Source of the DNA: Eledone cirrhosa
Taxonomy: Eukaryota
Direction: 5' to 3'
Length of the DNA stretch: 64,000 bases
Assembly: GCA_964016885.1 (NCBI GenBank)
Contig: OZ024740.1
Location: 383,656,001 to 383,720,000, forward strand
This document shows positions 1 through 13,533 of the stretch, one piece after another. A program made the position numbers and the translations under genes. The notes under the pieces were generated by a model. The model was given only the letters and a program-made list of their open reading frames with translations. It was not told the origin of the DNA and searched no databases. Each line of letters begins with the position of its first letter. Position 1 is the stretch's first letter.

Positions 1-1550
1 TACAAACGTCAAATCCAATAAGAGCTAACGCTGCTCACTGATAACATCAAGCTCACTAACAATGAGCCAACGAGTGAAGCTCTTCGTTGTCAACCTACCT
101 AAAAATAACAGCTCAATATACCATAAATTACGTGAGTGAGAAATGGCAAGGTTCAGAGGACAGCGTAAGCCTAGGTACTTAACACCCTATGCAAGGTCCA
201 GTTTCGTCATGGATAGGATGACTATAGAATCAGATCGATTGACACGGAGACAATCAGCAGCAGGTTTAGCAAGAATAAGAGCTGCAGAGTTGTTGTTTAT
301 ATCCCGCTAGTTTGCTATAATTTATCTACAGGTTTTATCAAATTTCGCCAGGTATTAATGAAAATCCCCTGACCGCATGTTTGTTGAGACTTAAACGTTC
401 TATCGGTCGAAGTATGTTATTAAAATGCACATTTACGCATGCAGTATGATAATGCACATTGACATATATACGGATACACTTATTAATTCACACACATGAA
501 ACCAACAGACAAAACTCGTTGACTAAAGCGTTTACGTGACATGGAACGGAAGTTCTTTATTTACTGATAGCCGTTATTCATTATTTGAGTGAGAAAACAC
601 AGAGAGTTAGAAGGAAAATCAGAAATAAAGAGAAAAAATGTGTGTGTGAGTGAGAGAGAGAAGTTGGGTGCGCGCGAGTCTGTGTGATTGTGTGAAATAC
701 GGATTGTCTTGTAGTATAGAAAAGGAGGACAGAATGTCATAGAAGAATGGCTAATGAAATTGTTTTATTCATTATATGGAGGTGAGATAAGAGAGTAAGA
801 GAGGAACAAATACAATGGGGGGGGGGGGAGACAATGAGAATGTGTGTATGTATATGAGTATTTATGTATGCGTGCGTACTGTTACATGCAGCGAACATCC
901 GAGAATAAGTATGACATTCGCAGTAAGAAGAGTCCAGAAGCCAATTTCAATTTTGAATCTCGGTTGAAGCCAATTCTCTTCAATTACCGCACTAATACCG
1001 TTGTTAAAAGTACAGACGTCATACTGAAATCCTGAGATCTATCCAATATGTAAGAAATTCTTTTTTTTTTTTCCTATAAGCAAATGAACAAACATCAGTT
1101 GAAAAATGAAACAATCCCCCTGTACATATGCGGCAATCTTTATTCCGCTACTGTCCCTCGTCTAAATTATGTTGCACCTTATATCATAGGTAATCTTTTT
1201 TCACTTTCTACAAGGCTAACCTCGTGAGTTGCCATTCCACACAGTTAGTCAACAAACGATTAGGGACACCCATAGACGCTCCATAATGATAAAAGAATCT
1301 AATCATCGCGGGAGTCTCTAATTGATCGCTCGACCTGTTAGATGTTATAAGCAAATAATATCAATAACATCGTCATTACCATTGGATAGTGTATTCGCGA
1401 TCCCAATATATCTGAAATAAAGAGAAATTGTAACATACTAGAATTGTTCGCTCGTACCTGAGTTTGGGCTAAACAACAGCAAGAACAATAACATAGATAG
1501 AGCGATGTTGGCATTTGAATATTCGAATGAATAATACATTGAATAATTTA

Positions 1551-2596
1551 TACATATAAAGTTCTAGTTCCTGTCTGTTTGTTTGTTTGTTTATTCACGA
1601 ACTCCTCCTATGGTTTTTGAGATAGACCTCATAACCATATATATTCTGAAACTACATTGCCCAGGGTACTTGGATAAGTATATTTCATTTTAATCAAAGG
1701 GTTTCCCGGGGGAACACACCCCCGCTGAATATAATTTCCCTTCGATTTATTTGAAATTTAAACGATGGGTAAAGGATAAGATATGATGCCTATTAACAAA
1801 TTTTCAGCAAATTTCAATAATATGAAGACACGCTAATGGGGGTTAAACTCCCTATAGTGACATTTTTGGCCAATAAATGGAAGCAGATGTGGTGTAACAC
1901 GATTGCATGAGAACTTGATTGAAGCAACAATTATATTCGGGGCTTACAACGGTCAAGCTCTTCTCATTCCGAGGATTCCACTTATACCAAGTGATAGCGA
2001 GTTGCCTTTTACATTTAAGAGGCTGCAGTTCCCAGTGAGGCCATGCATTGCCATCAGCATCAATAAGAGTCAAGGTGAAACTTTGAAAACTATTGGTATA
2101 GATCTGACAAACCATGTTTCAGTCATGGCATGTTTCATTTGGCTGTTTCAAGGACTGGAACTTCAAAAAATCTCTACATTTTAGCCAATCGTAGAAATAT
2201 AAGAAAAGTTGTTTCCCCTGAAGTTCTTCATTAGGACAACGTATGAAATATATTTTCATGTATTTATTATGTTAAAAAATAAATAATTAAACTTTGACTT
2301 TCTAATTTGAAAATAATGCTTTACACAAAAATGAAATGATGAAGTGTTGAATAGATATTTAAAAAAAAAGTATTTATATGAAACAAAATAAGAATAAGAT
2401 TTAATAATGTAATTTTGATTTGATATATTACAAAAAAAATATGTTTTCCAATTTTTCATGCATTACATTTTACATTGAGTAATATTGAAATGCAGAGTTT
2501 TTCTCCATAAATTTTATCACTGATTTAAAATCAAACATCATTTACTTACAAAAATAAATGTGTAAAACCCCAGCAAGGCACGGGTAATTCGGCTAG
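1551..2596 (+). mobile_element. Non-autonomous Helitron carrying a C-terminal PIF1-type helicase remnant
   Basis: ORF 1903-2184 reads LIPRIPLIPSD..LPFTFKRLQFPVR..AISINKSQGETL..GIDL (Helitron RepHel helicase C-terminus). The 3' end has an imperfect GC hairpin (CCC..CACGGG, 2568-2584) then CTAG|T (2593-2597). 5' boundary approximate. Confidence 0.8.
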
Positions 2597-2884
2597 TACA
2601 TATATATATATATTTGAATTTTCAAAGCATACATGTTGAAATATACTATGTTGGTTATATACTAAAAAGTAACATCCCTACGTGGGACATTAAATACTGA
2701 ACAATCACTTGAGTATTAACACTGCGATATTTCTGTATTAAAGTTATATCAGAGAATAAAAACCATAAATTGGAGTATTCAGCTGTTTTACGATCCACGT
2801 ATCGTTTCACCCATATCCCTTGTACATCGTTGCATATTTGACATAATATTTTAAATGTGATATCTAAATTACATTTTTCTTCCA

Positions 2885-3277
2885 AATAATTGTTTCTACT
2901 TTTGGCACAAGGCCAGCAATTACACAGTGCATTACTGGTACGTTATTTCATCGACCCCGTAAGGATGAAAGGCAAAGTTAATCTCGGCGGGATTTGAACC
3001 CAGAATGGAAAGGGCCGTAACTCTAGGAGTCAAAGCATGGCGTCCGACCCACTACCAAAACTGCCAATCCACGAATAGTATATCAAAATAACTGTTTCTA
3101 CATTTGGCACAAGGCAAGCAAATACCCAGTACATTACTGGTACTTTATTTTATCGACGCCGTAAGGATGAAAGGCAAAGTTAACCTCGGCGGGATGTGAA
3201 CTCAGATCCTAAAGGGAAATAACTATGCTGGAAAGCATGGCATCCGACTCTCTACCTATATGCCAATCCACCGCCCA
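2885..3277 (-). mobile_element. Two tandem copies of a tRNA-derived SINE
   Basis: Reverse complement gives GGGCGGTGGATTGGCA..GTTCAAATCCCGCCGAG..TTTGCCTTTCATCCTTACGGGGTCGATAAAATAAAGTACCAGT..AGAAACAATTATT. Copies at ~2885-3072 and ~3087-3277 match the + strand copies at 47.8, 49.7, 53.8 and 59.8 kb. Confidence 0.85.
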
Positions 3278-5102
3278 AAATAATAAACGATATTTCGATG
3301 TCTATATCTAGAAAATGTCATCTGGTAGACGTAAATTGTTAACTGCAATTTAATGAAACATTCGTTAAAATCAAAACACTGCCGCTATTTGAAGGTAAGC
3401 GTAACCATTCTCTTGTACCTACCTATAAATACTATTATGTATTACTCTTGAAAAACTTTCTAGTATGTTTTTAGTAGTTGGTGCGCTTTCCAGTAAAATT
3501 CAAATCAAACACATTCCACCTGTGTCCATCCTGGTTTCATAGATATGTTGTAATATGTTATTTAGTATGTTGTTTCCATATTTAAGATGTTAAGTTTTAT
3601 CTGAATGGTATTATACCTCTATTTCGTGTAGGACGCGTGATTCTGTATAGGTTCTACTCATTAGTATGATAGCCTCTAGATATCTAGTATATAGAGTCGT
3701 ATAAACAAAGAAAAAAAACACTGTGTTGGCTCTAATACTGTCTACGCACAGAGATACGTTTTAATGTATGTAGAAAACTGACCATTCAATTCATAAAAGT
3801 CGCTTGCATTGATCAACGTTAATTCTTCATGTATTGGTTAGTTTTCTGTGTGTATGTGTGCAAACTATAGACAGATAGATATAAAGAGAATGTGTATGTG
3901 TGTGTGTGGTTAAATGTGTATGTATGTATGTATGAATATGGACGACAGGTGAAGAATAAAAAGTTATTTTAAACAGAATATGCAGCACAACTCTAATCGA
4001 TTTTTTAAAATATATATATTTCACATAAGAAGACACAGATGCTAATATTAAAACTTCTACAACGATATGCAAACAGACACTGCAAATTCCCATTACGATG
4101 CCATCTAAACCACAGATTTATCACCATGGTCTAAAGTTAAGAATGAGTATCACGCCTGTAAGAAATAAGCTAATAAATTAGCAATCAAGATTAAGCAAAC
4201 AATATGGATCTACGTAGGTTTCTATGTTAATTATTCCAATTGAGTTTTCAACAGAACGGCCTACTTATTTAATTATTGTGGAAGTGGATATTCCATAAAC
4301 GAATGACAGTGGGTAACATTTGCTACTGATTGTATTACATGCATCATCCAGCCAGCGATTTACAAGTCCTAGTTATATAAGTAACACAAACAGAATCACT
4401 TGTCCAATAGAGCCAACAAAGAGAATGAATTCAAGTCCTTGTGATTGTGAAACGAAATTCTTGACCTTTTGACCATGCCGTCGGGCATAAGTGGACACAA
4501 TTTTCAAATATGCTATTACAAACACATACGCATAGCTACCAACTTACACACACACACACACACTCATATATATATATATATTGGTAAACGGAAAAGAAAA
4601 TGCTGACAAATTGTTCACAGTGAAAAATAGTTTAATTAGGAATAAGTGAGAATTGGTAATAGTATTGGTGAGTATTCAGTTTTGGTTTTAAGTTTTACCG
4701 GTTGCGCATTTCTAATGCTTTTCAAAAATAATATTGAGATAGAGCGTCCGTGATGTTTGCTCTAATCTGATTAGTTTGGGAAATTCTACCTGTTTTTATG
4801 TTAAAAAAGTGGCTCCAGCGGTATTAAAATAAGTTTTGCGCCAATTCGTGTTGCAAAAATGTTTGTGGTCAAAACAATTTTGATTGGTCGGTAGAGGTCA
4901 TGTGAATGTTAAAAATTGATTTTGCGCCAAATGTAGGTTTGTGTCGGCTGATTGAGAAGTCACTGAAAAATAAGTCTTTCAAAACAAATATGTGTGTGTG
5001 TGTGTGTAGTAGTAGTAGTAAAGAGGTTCGTTGTTGTGATAATGGTCAGCAGGGATGTGTGTGCGAACCGCAGCCTGTTGATAGTTCAAATGCCTATTAA
5101 GA

Positions 5103-5217
<115 letters not shown>

Positions 5218-5868
5218 TAGTAGTAGAGTAATTCGTGGTAGAGGGATGGTCAGTAGGAATGTGTCTGTAAGTGTGTGTGGGATATTTTGACATGTTAAAA
5301 GATATTTTTCAGCTCTTGTCTTATACGGAGAAGTGTGTGTGTGTTTGTGTGTGTGTATATGTCTCTTTGTATGTTAATGTACGCGTGTGTATGTGTGTGT
5401 GTATATATGTGCGTGTGTGCGCATACACGTGTGTGTGTGTGGGTGGACCAGTAATTGTTTTTGTGATACTGGTGAAATGGTGTACATTATTCGATATTTT
5501 CAGTAAAATCGATTCTCTCAATAGAACATCAAAAACCTTAATAATAAAAGGTGTGAAATGATATATAGTATTGGCATAATACCTAGGTGTGTGTGAGTGT
5601 GTCCATATCGTACGTACTGCAAGGGGAATCCATTAGGCCTTGCCGTAATGGAATACTTGTGTACAAATATGTATGTGCCCATCAGTGTGCAATGCATGTG
5701 TGTGTGTCGGCACGTTTATATCTATAGACATGAAAAGGTATGCAAATGTGTGTATATTTGTGTTGCACCATAGAACATGTGTGTTTACGTATGTCATTGT
5801 GTTTATATGTGGGTAGAGATGTATGCTGATGTAGGTATGTATGTTGACGTGTGTATATTGTGTTCGTC

Positions 5869-6831
5869 TTAGGAGGAAGTGTTTAGACGGGGTTCGTATT
5901 TGTTAATAAAGTAAGATTCCTTGCTGATGCGCTGGGTGTGGGTGGCATTATCTTTAAATTTGTAGAGGGGAAAGATTCTGAAGTTGGGATGATTTTGGGC
6001 GGCACAGGTATCAATGTGTTCACTCAGTGGTATTTTCCTGTATTCCCGTATTTTAATTTGGGATCTATGGACAGTCATGCGTTGGCGGAGGCTGTTTTTG
6101 GTCTGGCCTATGTATTGTTCTCGACAACCTGAGCAAGTTAATACATATAATAGATTTTCTGATGCGCATGTGAAATTGTGTTTTACTATAAAACGTTGTC
6201 CTTCTTTGAAATAGAATTCCGAACCCTCTATTAAGTTGATGCATATGCCACAGCTGGGTCTATCGCATTTTTTTACTGTGGGTTTTGTTGTTGTGGTTGG
6301 CAGTACTTTGGCATGTGTTAGGATGTTTTTCATTGACTTGGATTGTATTTTGCTCTTTATGATATCGTGTGTTCGTAGGATTTGGTTCATTCTATGGTCC
6401 TTTTTCAACACAGGGATGTTCGGGAGGATGGTGTCAAAGGCCTCATTGTTGAGGGGGTTGTGTGTGGAGATGTATGGAAGAGCTTTTAGTTTCGGTTGAT
6501 TTACTTTAGGGTGTCTAAGGTCCTGGATACTGAGTTTTAGGGCACGTTGGATTCCATTGTCAATTAGTGATGCAGGGTAGTCCCTGCCTATGAGTGTGTC
6601 CTTTAGTTCTTGTAGCCGTAAGTAGCAGGTGTTTTTATTGGAGACTGTAGTACAGATTCTATTGGCTAAGTTGTAGGGAATCTTAATTTTAACGTGTCTA
6701 GGGTGGCACGAGTTGAAAGGAAGATATTGCTTGGAGTCTGTCGGCTTGTAGTATATGCCTGTTTCTATTTTTTTGTTATGGATCTTAATGAGGATATCGA
6801 GGAAGGGGAGTTGTTGATGGCTGTATTCCAT
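5869..6831 (-). pseudogene. PLE RT thumb, Cys-linker and GIY-YIG endonuclease fragment
   Basis: LPFLDI..YYKPTDSKQYL..SCHP; KCDRPSCGIC; NLLYVLTCSGCREQYIGQT..RM..H..E..I..Y.P.LN. Confidence 0.9.
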
Positions 6832-6919
6832 TGTGAAGTTAATATTCGTGTTGAGCCCATTTATAAGGGTGTGAAATTCTTTAAGTTTCTTTATGTTTTC
6901 GTGCCAAAGGATGAAGCAG

Positions 6920-7494
6920 TCATCTAGATATCGCTTCCAGTTCCTTTCTATGTGTAAGTGGAGAGTGTTTCCAAATTTGTTTAGGACTTAAGTGTAGAGG
7001 GTGATTTCCAGGTATCCCATGACTAGGTTGGCATAAGTGGGGGCTGTTTTCGTTCCCATAGCGGTCCCAGATTTCTGTCTGTAGGGTTTGTTATTGAAAA
7101 CGAAGTAATTGTTCTCCAAGAAAAATTTGAGTCCCTCTATCCCGAATTCTATTTTGATGCGTTGTGGAAGTTCATTGCGGTAATTATCCAGCCATAATTG
7201 GATAGCTTCTATTCCTAGGTTGTGGGGGATGTTGGAGTATAGGTTGACTACATCGAACGTCACTAGTAGGGTTTGTTCAGAAAGGGGCATATTAGGGAGG
7301 TGGTTGAGCATATCTAGGTCGTCCCTTATATAGCTTTTGATGTGTTTGAGAAAAGGCTTGAGAAGGGTATCAATGAAGTTGCTAAGGCGGTGGGTTTCGC
7401 AAGCGGGGCCTGCTATTATAGGTCTTAATTTGAGATCATTGGGTGAGGGGACATTGATGACTATGTCTGTGGATTCCTTGCATGCCTTACTCAT
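6920..7494 (-). pseudogene. PLE reverse transcriptase core fragment
   Basis: LRPIIAGP, FDVVNLYSNIP and QKSGTAMGTKTAPTYANL in ORF 6988-7494; RYLDD at ~6920-6934 after a stop. Confidence 0.9.
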
Positions 7495-8819
7495 TAATTC
7501 GCTTTTATACCGTAGAAAAGGCTGGATTTACTTGTGAAGTATGTGATGAAAGCTGAATTCCTTGTTAGTGAGTCCTTCTTTGTATTGGTTGATCAGAGTT
7601 TTTAGGTTTCTCATAATTTTCTGTTGATTGTAGTGTTCAGCTTTTTCGTAGTATGTTTCGTTTTCCAAAGTGGAGAGCGCTAAGTTGATATAGAATTCTG
7701 TCTCCATTAGGACTACTGCACTCCCTTTATCAGCCTCTTTAATTGTAATGGTTCTGTCTGTTTTTAATCTATTTAATTCTTCTCATTCTTTCTTGTTGTG
7801 GTTTGGCTTGTGTTTTTGTCTGTGCAAGTGTTGGTAAGGGAAGTTTGTGATGTGTTCACAGAATTCGTCCATGATTTTATTCCTACCTTTTGATGGGGTG
7901 TAATTGCTTCTATTTCTGGCTAATGATTCATCCTCATTGTACTGGTCGAATAGTTCTTCACTGAGTCGTAACTTTCTACAGAAGTCTGTGATGTATTCCT
8001 TCATTTCATAGTAGTTAGGACGTAGTGGGGTCGGTGTGAATTTAAGACCTTTGGAGAGTAAGTTGATAAGGTTGGGTGTTGGTTTTGCACTAGTTAGATT
8101 GATAATTTTTATTACTATCGGTTTATCCTCCCTGTCTTGTGTTATTTTGTTTGCCTGTATCTGTGTGCTGTGTCTAAAAAATGGTTGGGGTAGAGGGGTT
8201 GTCTGCTGATGTTAAGTGGTCTCCTGTGTTTTTTATATTCCTTGTTGTTGTAAAATGTGGTTCGGGTTGGTGGTTGTAGATTGAATGGGGTGTTCCTGTA
8301 CTGCGAGTATGGGTGTGTGTTTCTATGTGCCATGTTGGATTGTGGTGTTATAGGTGGCCTACGTTGTTAGTTGTATCGTGTGGTGTGGGTTTGTTGTGTA
8401 TTGTGGAAGCGAGAGTTGAGAAACTGGAAATTGCCTTTCTGTCCCCTTGAAGCGGGGAAGTTGTTACATCTATCATGGTGGTGGTATCTTTTCCCTATGT
8501 TTGACGATGAGGCATCCGCGTAGTAGTTGAGTGATTTGGTATGGTGTCTCCTTGAAGGGGGAAAGTTGTAAATGTCATTCAGGGGGAGATGATTTCTAGG
8601 GTTTTTGTTCCTTCTTATGGTAGCGAGGTTGGGAAGTTCATCTTCGGTGTGGTGCTTCCTTCTTCGTTTGTTAGTGGCTTGGGGGTTTGCGAAGTTGTTG
8701 TGCGGTTCAGTTATGGGTTTTCCTATTTTTATGAACGGGTTATTGGAGGTGTAATCCGTTTGAAAAGTCGATTCATAGCGTAGGAACCAAGCGGCACTTT
8801 TTTCCCAGCGTTGAAGGGA

Positions 8820-9506
8820 TTACAGTTCTTCTCTGTTGCAGTCTCTTTTCCATAATTTGGAGATCTTCTCTACCTTGGGGCCTTCAGTTTTATTGTTGAT
8901 TTCCAGGAGGATCTCTTCATCGATGGTTTTGATTTTTTCCTCATTTGTCTGGGCCCTCAATTTAAGAAGTTCAATTTCTGTTTTCATTTTTTCCAATGCC
9001 ATTCTTTCCTTAAGGTGTCTTTGAGGTTCGGGTTCATTTGGAATGGACTTTATTTGTATTTTACGGGGGAGAGTTAGAGGGGTTGAGTTAAGCCATTTTT
9101 CATATATCTCCGCTTTGTTGTGATTTTGTATCATCTTCCAGAATGAGAACTTTCTGTCTCTGAGGGATTTGTTCCATTTTGGAATTGTTCGAATTTTCAT
9201 TTTGTATGAATCAATCTCACATGGTTCTTCGTTGGTTTTTCCTGGGTTGGTAGTAGTGAACATAGATTGGATAGTATCGCAAAGGGTTTGAAGTTTATCG
9301 CCGATTTCGGAGGGTTTGTATCCGGTGACGGTTTCCTTAGTTGTGGAGTCAAGTTTGTCGACCAGCACAGATAGATTGGTGTTAATTTTCTTGAGTTCCT
9401 GTAGAATCTCTTCATTTGTGTTGATAAGAGTTGTATCTGTTTTTGTTGGCATTTTCTGTATCTTGTGTGAGGATATGATATTTAAAAGAATAGAGGTGTA
9501 ACACAC
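8820..9506 (-). CDS. Upstream coiled-coil-like ORF or N-terminal extension of the PLE
   Basis: 228-aa open, charged/helical ORF on the same strand, upstream of the pol region and inside the direct-repeat boundaries; no recognised domain. Confidence 0.5.
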   Translation of the reverse strand: MCYTSILLNIISSHKIQKMPTKTDTTLINTNEEILQELKKINTNLSVLVDKLDSTTKETVTGYKPSEIGDKLQTLCDTIQSMFTTTNPGKTNEEPCEIDSYKMKIRTIPKWNKSLRDRKFSFWKMIQNHNKAEIYEKWLNSTPLTLPRKIQIKSIPNEPEPQRHLKERMALEKMKTEIELLKLRAQTNEEKIKTIDEEILLEINNKTEGPKVEKISKLWKRDCNREEL

Positions 9507-9553
9507 AAGTTATGATATATTGGTAAATATATATATATTGTCATTACCATAAC

Positions 9554-9624
9554 AGATGTCCGATGACATTTTGATTCCAGAGTCGGGGCAGATCGATACA
9601 GATCGAACTTTGAGTGTCACATCT
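9554..9624 (+). ncRNA. Degenerate type I hammerhead ribozyme
   Basis: Stem I AGATGT/ACATCT; core CCGATGA (for CUGAUGA) ... GAAC; GTC triplet at 9616-9618; AATAAA immediately downstream. Confidence 0.5.
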
Positions 9625-9817
9625 CAATAAAGGTAATGAAGCCCTAACACTTCATCCTTTTTATTACTATTAAAGCCCCAGAAATGCACTGGGTCGATTA
9701 ATCGACCCCCTCCCCCTAAAAAAAAAACATTTCGGACCTTATTATTATTAGTAGTATTATATACATGTATATATATACATATATATATATAAAGAGAGAG
9801 AGGAGAGAGAGAGAGAG

Positions 9818-9889
<72 letters not shown>

Positions 9890-9891
<2 letters not shown>

Positions 9892-10195
9892 AGGAAATAC
9901 AAAGTAGCTTAGTTGATAAAGTCCTTTATTGATAAAGCCGTGATACATATTTCGATGACGACAGTGGTCACGCGATTATGCATAGTACCCAGTGCCAGGA
10001 TCTCACCACAAAAGGTTACAATCACAGAGGTAATCCGAAAGTAAAGTGATAAGGGAACGGACAAACATTGATGTTCATAAAACGAATATCCGTTCCCCTG
10101 AGAGCTTCAATTCATCACAACATGTCTGCGCATGTGTAAAAGTAGGATATGTTGCTGATTAGTATTGCAAAACACCAAACTATCGTATGGATATA
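9890..10195 (-). repeat. ~300-bp dispersed element (pLTR-like), inverted relative to 13068-13385
   Basis: Reverse complement aligns by eye to 13068-13385 (ACACATGCGCAGAC, GAATTGAAGCTC, GGGAACGGA, CGCGTGACC.CTGTCGTCATCGAAA, AAAGGACTTTATCAACTAA). Confidence 0.8.
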
Positions 10196-10314
10196 GATTG
10201 GACTATTGATTTTGTTAGCACACTACAAAGACTAAGTTCACTGATTTCTCGTTAAGCATGGTTCTTACATATTTTCTTTTCAACTCTCGATACGTCCTTT
10301 TAACCTCTTATTAT

Positions 10315-12104
10315 ATCGTTATCTGGCGGCAGTCCTGAGGACGTCTGGCTTTGGGCCCGTCTTCAGAGGCTGGATCGTTGCCATCCACAGCGACATCTGC
10401 TCTATGGTGAGAGTGAACTGTCACCTTTCGGAACCATTCAACATCATGCGCTCGGTCCGCAAAGGATGTAACCTCTCGTCCCTCTTGTACATATTGACTC
10501 TCGAGCCATTACTGCACAAACTGGAGACGTTGAGGGGGGTCCCGCGCTAACTACTATGCGGAAGTTCCGTGTCAGCATATGCGGACGATGTCACCGTAGT
10601 GGTGTCGAACGCCAAACACATCGAGGCGATCGTCACTACACTAAGAGAATACGAAGTGGTGACAGGAGCAATGATCAACCAGGAAAAGTCGGTGCATCTG
10701 CAGCTCGGCACTTGGAGAGGCAGGTCAATGCCGTCCAACAGCGTAGTCCGGCGCCGGACGGACGGACCGGTTAAATTGATAGGGGTCTGGTTCGGTCGTA
10801 CCTCCAGACGGACAAAATCTGGGACGAGGTGATGAGCAGGGTGGCTTCTCTCATCCAGAAATGGGCAGAGAGGAAGCTATCCCTGAAAGATTGAGCGGAG
10901 GTGGCGAATGCGTACATTGCGTCCGTTATCTACTATCGCCTGACCGTTGTACGTTGACCTAAGCCTCGCATGACTGCGCTGAAGCGTTTGCACTTTCGCT
11001 TTTTGAGGATGGGGCGCGCTCCGATGGCCAGGCGGTCCACACCCGCTGTCAACACCCGCTACGTGGAAGGCTGGGCAGCGTGGCTGATGATGCGTAGACA
11101 CGCGCTCAGGCGAGAGGGAGCGCTTGGAGACCGAGAGGGAGCGCTTGGAGACTGGAATGTCTTCAGGCGCTCACAGCCCTCGACCATCGGGCAATGTGAT
11201 CGGTGGAAACTCCACCTTGGCGTTCTATAGAGGATTAGTGGAGTAGAAGAGCGACGACGTACTTGGGGAAACTCTAGGTGTCGACGAAAATCAACTAGCC
11301 AATCTCTTCGGAAGAACTTTCGGGCCGGGGCCTATGGACAATTTCCAGAAATCCCTGGCCTGGCAGTGCTACCGAGGAGCTTTGCCAGTTCGGGATAAAC
11401 TCTACAGGCATGGAAGTGCCGTCAGCCGGGCATGTCCGAGATGCGCGCAGGAGACGAAACCGTCCTGCACGCATTCGTCCAGTGTCCTAGCATTGCTGAC
11501 TTGTGGGTTTATATCGTACACCTGCAGTGGCGTGTAGAACGGATCCGCCTATCAGCTGAGTCCATCGTGATGATTGCCCCGCCCTCTTCCTTTAGCCGGG
11601 AAGGGCAGGCAGTTTTTATCTGTCTGGTGGCCATGGCGAAAGAGATAGTATGGTGGACGCGTTTGAAAGATCTGAAGACGAACACTTACCTCTTCGGTGT
11701 TGCCCTGATTAACTTTTTCAAATTTCATTTGAAAAGAAAAATCAGGGGAGAGAGAGAAGTGCTCTCTTCCCAGCATTTTGTTGACAGATGGGTGAGAGAG
11801 GCAAGAATGGCCCGTGTAAATGGGCCTACTCTGAGTATGTGCCTGTAAATTGAAGGTGGAAAACTGGGAGAGGGCACTTGCCCTGGTAGTCAGGGTCACC
11901 GTGGCTTTTTTAATGGCCTTTCTCCACGAATGCCCCTCGGAAGTCTCCCTCTTACTGGGGAATTTTTCATTGTCTCTTTTTTTGTTACATCCTCTGATTC
12001 TTTGGGTTTTTTTACACGCAGAAATGCCCATTTGTACCGTCCTGTATTGTCCTGTATTTTCCTTAATATCTTACTTTATGTAAACCCTTGTGGTTAATAA
12101 AGAA
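10315..12104 (+). mobile_element. 5'-truncated L1/Tx1-like LINE (RT C-half, Cys/His motif, 3'UTR)
   Basis: SAYADDVTV, MINQEKS..LQLG, CPRC..ETVLHAFVQC; highly similar to 44575-46382; ends at AATAAAGAAA. Confidence 0.9.
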
Positions 12105-13067
12105 AACTCTATGTATTTTCATATATAATATTTGTTTCCCTCTTTCACTATGTTATTTTCATTGTTTTTCTTTGTTAATTTTAATATTCTTTTCATACTT
12201 TTCAATTTTTCATTGTTTTTCATTGTTAATTTCAAGTGATAGAGGATAATATAACTTATTTTTCTTTATATTTTCACGCTCCACACTTTAGGATGTATTC
12301 CTTCTTTACTTCAAATAGGATTTTTAATTTCTACTTGTCATTCGTATTGCTAACTTTAATTTCAATTACGAAAACATAATATCTAGAGCATGTATCAATG
12401 TTATTTGCGGGGAACAGTCAATTCTTTTGTCTAAGCATAATCTTTAAGCCTATAAAAAGTCACTAATTCGAGAATGTAGTGAACATCACTATATTTACAA
12501 CTTCTGCCCTCTTTTTATCTTAATATACTCGGCTGTGCATATGGATGTGTGTGTGTATATATGCATACACACACACTCACATACACATACACACACACCA
12601 CACACACATACACACACACGCGTATATATGTATATATATGTATATATATATATATATGGACGCGTATATATAGATATATATATATACCTATGTGTATGTG
12701 TGTGTGTGTATTTTTTATCTCTCACTATGTGTATTACTTCATTTTGATGGAGGATGTTATTTACTTGTTTTCGTTTAAGATATCGCTTTCTATACCATAG
12801 GTTATATTCTTTAATTTACTAAAATTCAAAACTTTTTATTTCGGTTATTCAGTCTTATTTACTAATTTTAACTTCCATCAAGAAAGCATAATATCTCGAC
12901 CCCAAAATTTGGCCGTTATATGTAGGTCATATAAAAAGCCACTAAAAGTTAAAATACCTCATTTACACAGCAATTTTGTCTTCCGCTAGCACAATATCGG
13001 CCGGATTTGGAGCTGGCTGAGTGGCACCGTGCTACCTTAAACGCGGGAGGGAGGGGGGGATTATCCT

Positions 13068-13385
13068 TAGGATAGTTTGCTATGGTTTGTAATAGTAATC
13101 AGCTACATATCCTTCTTTACACATGCGCAGACCTGTTGACGTGAATTGAAGCTCACATGGGAACGGACAATCGCTTCATGAACATCGCTGCTGGTCTGTT
13201 CCCTTGTCACTTCAAATTTGGATTACTTCCTTGATTGAAAACTTATTATGTAAAAAGCTGTCTGATGAGTTCATAGCACTGGATACTACGCAGTATCGCG
13301 TGACCTCTGTCGTCATCGAAACATATATCATGGCCTTATATATAAAGGACTTTATCAACTAAACTACTTTGTGTTTCCTTATCCT
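13068..13385 (+). repeat. ~300-bp dispersed element containing an HHR motif
   Basis: Homologous to 9890-10195 (-); contains the HHR at 13257-13334. Confidence 0.75.
13257..13334 (+). ncRNA. Type I hammerhead ribozyme candidate with long stem II
   Basis: GCTGT-CTGATGA-G..C-GAAA-C-ATAT-A-TC-ATGGC; stem I GCTGT/ATGGC; palindromic loop III ATAT; C-A mismatch at 15.2/16.2. Confidence 0.6.
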
Positions 13386-13451
13386 CAAAATACTCCTATG
13401 TGGAAAAGGCACGTTGAGTTCTAGAATTGAATTACATCAATGTTTTACCCT

Positions 13452-13529
<78 letters not shown>

Positions 13530-13533
<4 letters not shown>

